Assembly (NCBI RefSeq): GCF_009914755.1
Contig: NC_060937.1
Length of the DNA: 64,000 nucleotides
Direction: 5' to 3' (one strand)
Origin: the human T2T-CHM13v2.0 reference genome, Homo sapiens
The notes under the pieces are model-generated. The model had not been told where the DNA came from, searched no databases, and was given only the letters and a program-made list of their open reading frames with translations. Position numbers and translations under genes: made by a program. Positions within the stretch are counted from its first letter, which is position 1. Each line of letters starts with the position of its first letter. Shown here in pieces: positions 54,346-64,000 of this stretch.

Positions 54346-55452
54346 TATCGGGGGAAAATTCAGCGAGATATCGGGCCGAAATTCACCCCCAATATTTCAC
54401 GTAGGTTCTTTTCTATTTTCCCTAAGTGTCGGCTGGTCTGAGAAATAAAGGGACAGAGTACAAAACAGAGAAATTTTAAAGCTGGGCATCCGGGGGAGAC
54501 ATCACATGTCGGCAGCTTCCGTGATGCCTCCTGAGCCACAAAACCAGCAAGTTTTTATTAGTGATTTTCAAAAGGGGAGGGAGTGTACGAATAGGGTGTG
54601 GGTCACAGAGATCACATGCTTCCCAAGGTAATAAGATATCACAAGGCAAATGGAGGCAGGGCGAGATCACAGGACCACAGGACCAGGGCGAAATTAAAAT
54701 TGCTAATGAAGTTTCAGGCTCGCATTGTCATTGATAACATCGTATCAGGAGACAGGGTTTGAGAGCAGACAACCAGTCTGACCAAAATTTATTAGGTGGG
54801 AATTTCCTCCTCCTAATAAGCCTGGGAGCACTACGGGAGACTGGGGCTTATTTCATCCCTACAGCTCGACCATAAAAGACAGCCGCACCCCGAAGCGGCC
54901 ATTTTAGAGGTCTACCCTCAGGGACACATTCTCTTTCTCAGGATGTTCCTTGCTGAGAAAAAGAATTCAGTGATATTTTTCCATTTGCTTTTGAAAGAAG
55001 AGAAATATGGCTGTGTTCCGCCCGGCTCACCGGCGGTCGGAGTTAAAGGTTATCTCTCTTGTTCCCTGAACATTGCTGTTATCCTGTTCTTTTTTCAAGG
55101 TGCCCAGATTTCATACTGTTCAAACACACATGCTCTACAAACAATTTGTGCAGTCAACGCAATCATCACAGGGTCCTCAGGTGACATACATCCTCCTCAG
55201 TTTACAAAGATGATGGGATTAAGAGATTAAAGACAGGCATAGGAAATCACAAGGGTATTGACTGGGGAAGTGATAAGTATCCATGAAATCTTCACAATTT
55301 ATGTTCAGAGACTGCAGTAAAGACAGGCGTAAGAAATTATAAAAGTATTAATTTGGGGAACTAATAAATGTCCATGAAATCTTCACAATCCACATTCTTC
55401 TGCCATGGCTTCAGCCGGTCCCTCCATTCGGGGTTCCTGGCTTCCCACAACA
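54346..55452 (-). mobile_element. MER11-type (HERV-K HML-8) solo LTR inserted in an Alu (54202-55635)
   Basis: The reverse complement starts TGTTGTGGGAAGCCAGGAACCCCGAATGGAGGGACCGGCTGAAGCCATGGCAGAAG. Length about 1.1 kb. 6-bp TSD ggcatg/agcatg at 54340-54345 and 55453-55458. Confidence 0.9.
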
Positions 55453-55488
55453 AGCATGGTGGTGTGTGCCTGTAATCCCTGCTACTCA

Positions 55489-55653
<165 letters not shown>

Positions 55654-55816
55654 TTACTTTCAAGTCTTTATAGTATTCCATTTTATGAATATACTCTAGG
55701 TAGGCAGTTGAATTGTTTCTAGTTATTATGACTAAACACATTATAATATTATTTAAACTGCTGCCTTGTGCTCATGGCCAACGGTTTTTCTGAGCTACAC
55801 ATAAGGCATAGAATAG

Positions 55817-58667
<2,851 letters not shown>

Positions 58668-59466
58668 AGAGTTCTTAATTTTTGCCAATCTAGTGAGTGT
58701 GGTTTAAAAACCAATCAATTGAAACTAATCGTGGTTTTAATGCATTTCCCCGATTCGTAATGCGCTTGCGCACCTTACATGTTTGTTGACTATCTGGATT
58801 TTGTCATTGCCAAAGCACCTGTTCAGTAATTTTATCCATTTTTCGATTGGGTTGTCTGTTTAGATCCTATATATTCTGGATAATTGCCTTTGTCAATCAT
58901 ATGTGTAACAAATTTCTACTGTGTGGCTTCTCTCTTATGATGTATTTTATTTCCCACTCTTCAGTCGTAAGATGGTATCACTTGTAAGTTCAGTCATATA
59001 CTTGGCATTTTGGGTTCATCATGGAGTTATGTATTTTGAAGGTCAGATTATTTTTGTCGTAACCCAGTCAAATCAATTGCTTCAAGTTAGTTGTTTTTGT
59101 ATCATATATTCCCACCCATAAGTCCTGAAGATATTCTAGAACGTTATTTCCTACAAGTTCTGGATTTGCTGTACGCGTTCAGGTCTCTAAGCCACCCGAA
59201 CTGTGTGTGGCTGGAAGGATCGCTCCATGACCACGTACGCTGGCGGCCCCTCTTCCGGCTTACCTCAGGGGCTGGTATCGCGGGCCTGTTCTTTCATCAG
59301 AAAGATCTATATTTTGCTAATAAAGGAACGCTTTGTGTCCAATAAGGTTTTCGTCATTACGCATGAAAACGCCACCTTAAGCTTATGTCGCCTGTGAATA
59401 TTTAAGGGAAAAAAACATCCCGGCAACCAACTGCTAGGCGACGGACGCTAAGCACCTCCTCCCCGC

Positions 59467-59610
59467 GGACGTCAGCACCCGCCTTTTCCCGAAGTCGCAA
59501 CACGCAGGCGCGCTCCGGCTCGCTCACCACGCACGGAAGTGCGCCTGCGCCAGGAGACGCCCCGCCCAGCCCCTGGCCGACTATAAAGTGTCGAGCTTCT
59601 CCTCGCGAGA
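59467..59610 (+). promoter_or_regulatory. SAP18: SAP18 core promoter: CRE-like GACGTCA (59468-59474), ETS/GABP CGGAAGTG (59534-59541), NRF1 GCGCCTGCGC (59541-59550), GC box (59559-59567), TATAAA (59582-59587), BANP/ZBTB33-like CCTCGCGAGA (59601-59610)
   Basis: Consensus motif matches read directly upstream of the CDS. Confidence 0.8.
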
Positions 59611-59622
59611 GACTTAGTGCTC

Positions 59623-59751
59623 ATGCTCGCTGCAGGGGTCGGAGGTCAGGGCGAGCGTCTCGCAGGCCGTAGGAGGAAGATGGCGGTGGAGTCGCGCGTT
59701 ACCCAGGAGGAAATTAAGAAGGAGCCAGAGAAACCGATCGACCGCGAGAAG
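59623..59751 (+). CDS. SAP18: SAP18 coding exon 1 (Sin3A-associated protein 18, ASAP/PSAP complex subunit). Upstream ATG at 59623, conserved ATG at 59680.
   Basis: MLAAGVGGQGERLAGRRRK-MAVESRVTQEEIKKEPEKPIDREK. Donor AAG|GTGAAG at 59752. Confidence 0.97.
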
Positions 59752-59955
59752 GTGAAGGCCCCCTCCGCTTTGGGGTCCGGGAAGAGGTTGGGGATGAGTC
59801 CCGCAGGGTGCAGAGGCGCGGCCTGTGTGCTGGAGGAGATGGTGTTTTTGGTCTCGGGGAGGCTCGGAGGCCGCAACGCCTCGGGAAGAGAGATGAGCTC
59901 CGGGTTCGCAGCTGGTGTTTTTAACTTCTGCCCTTCCGTTTTCTCTCTCCCTCAG

Positions 59956-60065
59956 ACATGCCCACTGTTGCTACGGGTCTTCACCACCAATAACGGCCGC
60001 CACCACCGAATGGACGAGTTCTCCCGGGGAAATGTACCGTCCAGCGAGTTGCAGATCTACACTTG
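59956..60065 (+). CDS. SAP18: SAP18 coding exon 2 (the gene continues beyond the window)
   Basis: Polypyrimidine tract and CAG acceptor ending at 59955. Encodes TCPLLLRVFTTNNGRHHRMDEFSRGNVPSSELQIYT(W). Donor TG|GTGAG at 60066. Confidence 0.97.
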
Positions 60066-60716
60066 GTGAGGAGGGCGGGGTGGCCTCAGGGACCCGGGCC
60101 GGGAACCTGGAACAACAGTTAATTGCCTTTGCCAGTGTAGAGTTATTCTCCCTGATTTCAATTTCATTTCTCCACTTGGGGCCTTCGGACTCAGCTTTCA
60201 GGAAGTTAGAAGTTTTTGTTGTTAGGTGAAAGGAGATTTGCCCGTATTGTAACGCTTTTGTGATTAATGTTGCAACTTTTGGGCGGTTAAGAATGGACAG
60301 ACCCAAGATTGCTGTCACTGTTATGGCTGCTAGGTACAAAAGTGATAGGTAGATAAATATGTTGTAGTATCTGCCCTAAAGGGACTCATAGTCAAATAAA
60401 TTGCACTAGGACAACATGGTAAGGGAGAGTGATGCTGTCGAGTGGTATTTGTTATTCTCAAAGAGCATTTCCACATAATATTAAGCCTTAGGTACCAAAG
60501 CACCAAAAGTGAAAAATAAACTACCAAAACCCGAGTTATTTCTTCTCTAAGGGTTATTGGAAAAGCTTTTGATATGTGTTTAGTGAAGATGGTTCCTGAA
60601 TGTTTATCTCTTGGGTGTACCTCCCTACAAACTACTGTGGGCTTGTCTTTAGCGCTGCACATAACTCCTTGGATTGACACCATAATGGCTTTTTAGTATA
60701 AGTAAAAGGTGTGTAA

Positions 60717-62395
<1,679 letters not shown>

Positions 62396-63129
62396 AAGAT
62401 GTATAATTTTAAACTATTTAAGCCCTGTACACTAGAGCTAATCCCTTGAAGACTGGGACCTTACTTGTCTTATTTGGAGGTGCTTGTTAAATTTATGTAG
62501 TAGTATGATACCTGTACTTAAGCATCACTCAAGGGTAAGTGTTCTAGGAAGGTTGATTTAGCTTATATGGAAGAACTGTTGAATAATGGCTTGATGAAAA
62601 TCTCTTCAGAAATTAAAGTGTATGTTTCTTCCAACAAGAGTTCCTATTTGCCAGGTGCTGTGTGTGCTTAGATCCTGAGGGTATAAAGTCAAGACGGTAC
62701 TGCTCCTCCCTGTAGTAAGTCCTTTTATCAGGGAAAGCGGATGAATAGAGTGATTTTTAGGGTTAAAATGGCAGGGTGAGGTTGTTCCACAGACCTTCCA
62801 CTCTGAATCAAGAAAAAAAATTACCAAAAAAATCCTGTCCTAAACTATACCGTCCATAAATTGCAACCAAACAAAGAAGGAACAACTTTAAGTTACATCT
62901 CAAAATGGTGGCCAAAGAAAAGATTCTGAAAGACTGGATGATTGGTATGGGGGTAACACAAAGGCCTGCCCTCATTCCCAGAAATAGTAATGAGGGAAAA
63001 TTAGTTAACATATACTGGAAATTCTCAATTTGGAGAAGTAGACTGTGGGGTTAAATAGGCAGTCCCAAGAGAAGTTATGGAAACAGGAGTGGAAGTCCAG
63101 AGGAGCCCAGTAGAGGCAGGCTGTGTTCA

Positions 63130-63775
63130 CCAAAGTCAATCAGGGCTCAGCCAGAAAAACAGAATTGGGAGAGATGTGTTAAGAGATTTATTTCTGCTGG
63201 GCGTGGTGGCTCACGCCTGTAATCCCAGCACTTTGGGAGGCCGAGGTGGGCGGGTCATGAGGTCAGGAGTTGGAGACCAGCCTGGCCAACATGGTGAAAC
63301 CCCGTCTCTGCTAAAAATACAAAAATTAGCCAGGCATGGTGGCGGGTGCCTGTAATCCCAACTACTTGGGAGGCTGAGGCAGGAGAATTGCTTGAACCCA
63401 GGTGGCAGAGGTTGCAGTGAGCCGAGATCAGCGCCACTGCACTCCAGCCCGGGCGACAGAGCGGGACTCCATCTCAAAAAAAAAAAAAAAAAAAAAAAAA
63501 GCTTTATTGCAAAGAATTTGGTTTACGTGATTGTGGGGGCTGTCTAGGCCCTTAATTGTCAAATCTGTAGGGCAGGTTCTCAGGAAGGAAAGGCTGCTCT
63601 TAGGGCCTTTCAACTAATAGAATCAGGCCTCCCCAGATTATATAGGATAGACCTCTGAATTTAAGGTCAATTGGTTGTTGACTTTAGTCACATCTATAAA
63701 ATATCTCACAGCAATACCTAGGTTAGTGTTTGGTTGAATATCTGGGGACTGTAGCTTCGTCAAGCTGACACAAGT
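63130..63775. mobile_element. MLT2-type (ERVL) LTR with an AluS (63195-63500, +) inserted
   Basis: tcagggctcagccagaaaaacagaa...caactaatagaatcaggcc...gtcaagctgacaca. Confidence 0.7.
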
Positions 63776-64000
63776 ACTGAACCCCACCCTGTCCTCAAGC
63801 TTCTGACTAGTGATGAAAAAGCAACACTTGGCACTCCAATTGTTGGTCTGGAAAGACAGTCCTTAGAAGGTGGGAAGCTTGTGTAGGTTTCACACTGTCA
63901 GAACTGATAAAAGGTGTGATATAAATCCCCCAAATTAATTAAGAGCAAGACAATATTGAAAATATTTTTAGAAAGGAAAAAATTCTTTCTGGTATATATC

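Larger units (their letters stand above)
59200..60110. promoter_or_regulatory. SAP18: CpG island over the SAP18 promoter and exons 1-2
   Basis: Abrupt rise in GC and CpG content relative to the flanks. Confidence 0.9.

Noticed and set aside
59617-60069. The 150-aa single-exon ORF as the SAP18 product
   Set aside because: It is exon 1, intron 1 and exon 2 read through, ending at TGG TGA across the intron 2 donor. Canonical splice sites are clear.

Overview
Primate, very likely human, genomic DNA. From recall of the locus, this is chr13q12.11 between LATS2 and SAP18. Most of the window is Alu-dense intergenic sequence with old L1, MaLR/ERV LTRs and DNA-transposon fossils. The only real protein-coding gene is SAP18: CpG-island/TATA promoter, exons 1-2 and the start of intron 2, from about 59.2 kb to the window end on the + strand. 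Two processed pseudogenes lie on the - strand: RPS12 (13.35-13.88 kb) and IPPK (20.8-23.6 kb). Two solo ERV LTRs (LTR12-type and MER11-type) sit inside Alus upstream of SAP18. I see no new multi-gene system. The most unusual signals are: (1) an Alu inside the IPPK pseudogene that looks copied from a neighbouring Alu 3.9 kb away by DNA repair rather than retrotransposition, next to a fold-back micro-inversion; (2) an in-frame junction suggesting the IPPK retrocopy came from an exon-skipped mRNA; (3) SAP18 intron 1 is 204 nt, in frame and stop-free; (4) a 42-nt A-tailed micro-insertion flanked by a 15-bp direct repeat. Repeat subfamily names and pseudogene numbers are from memory of consensus sequences, not from database searches.
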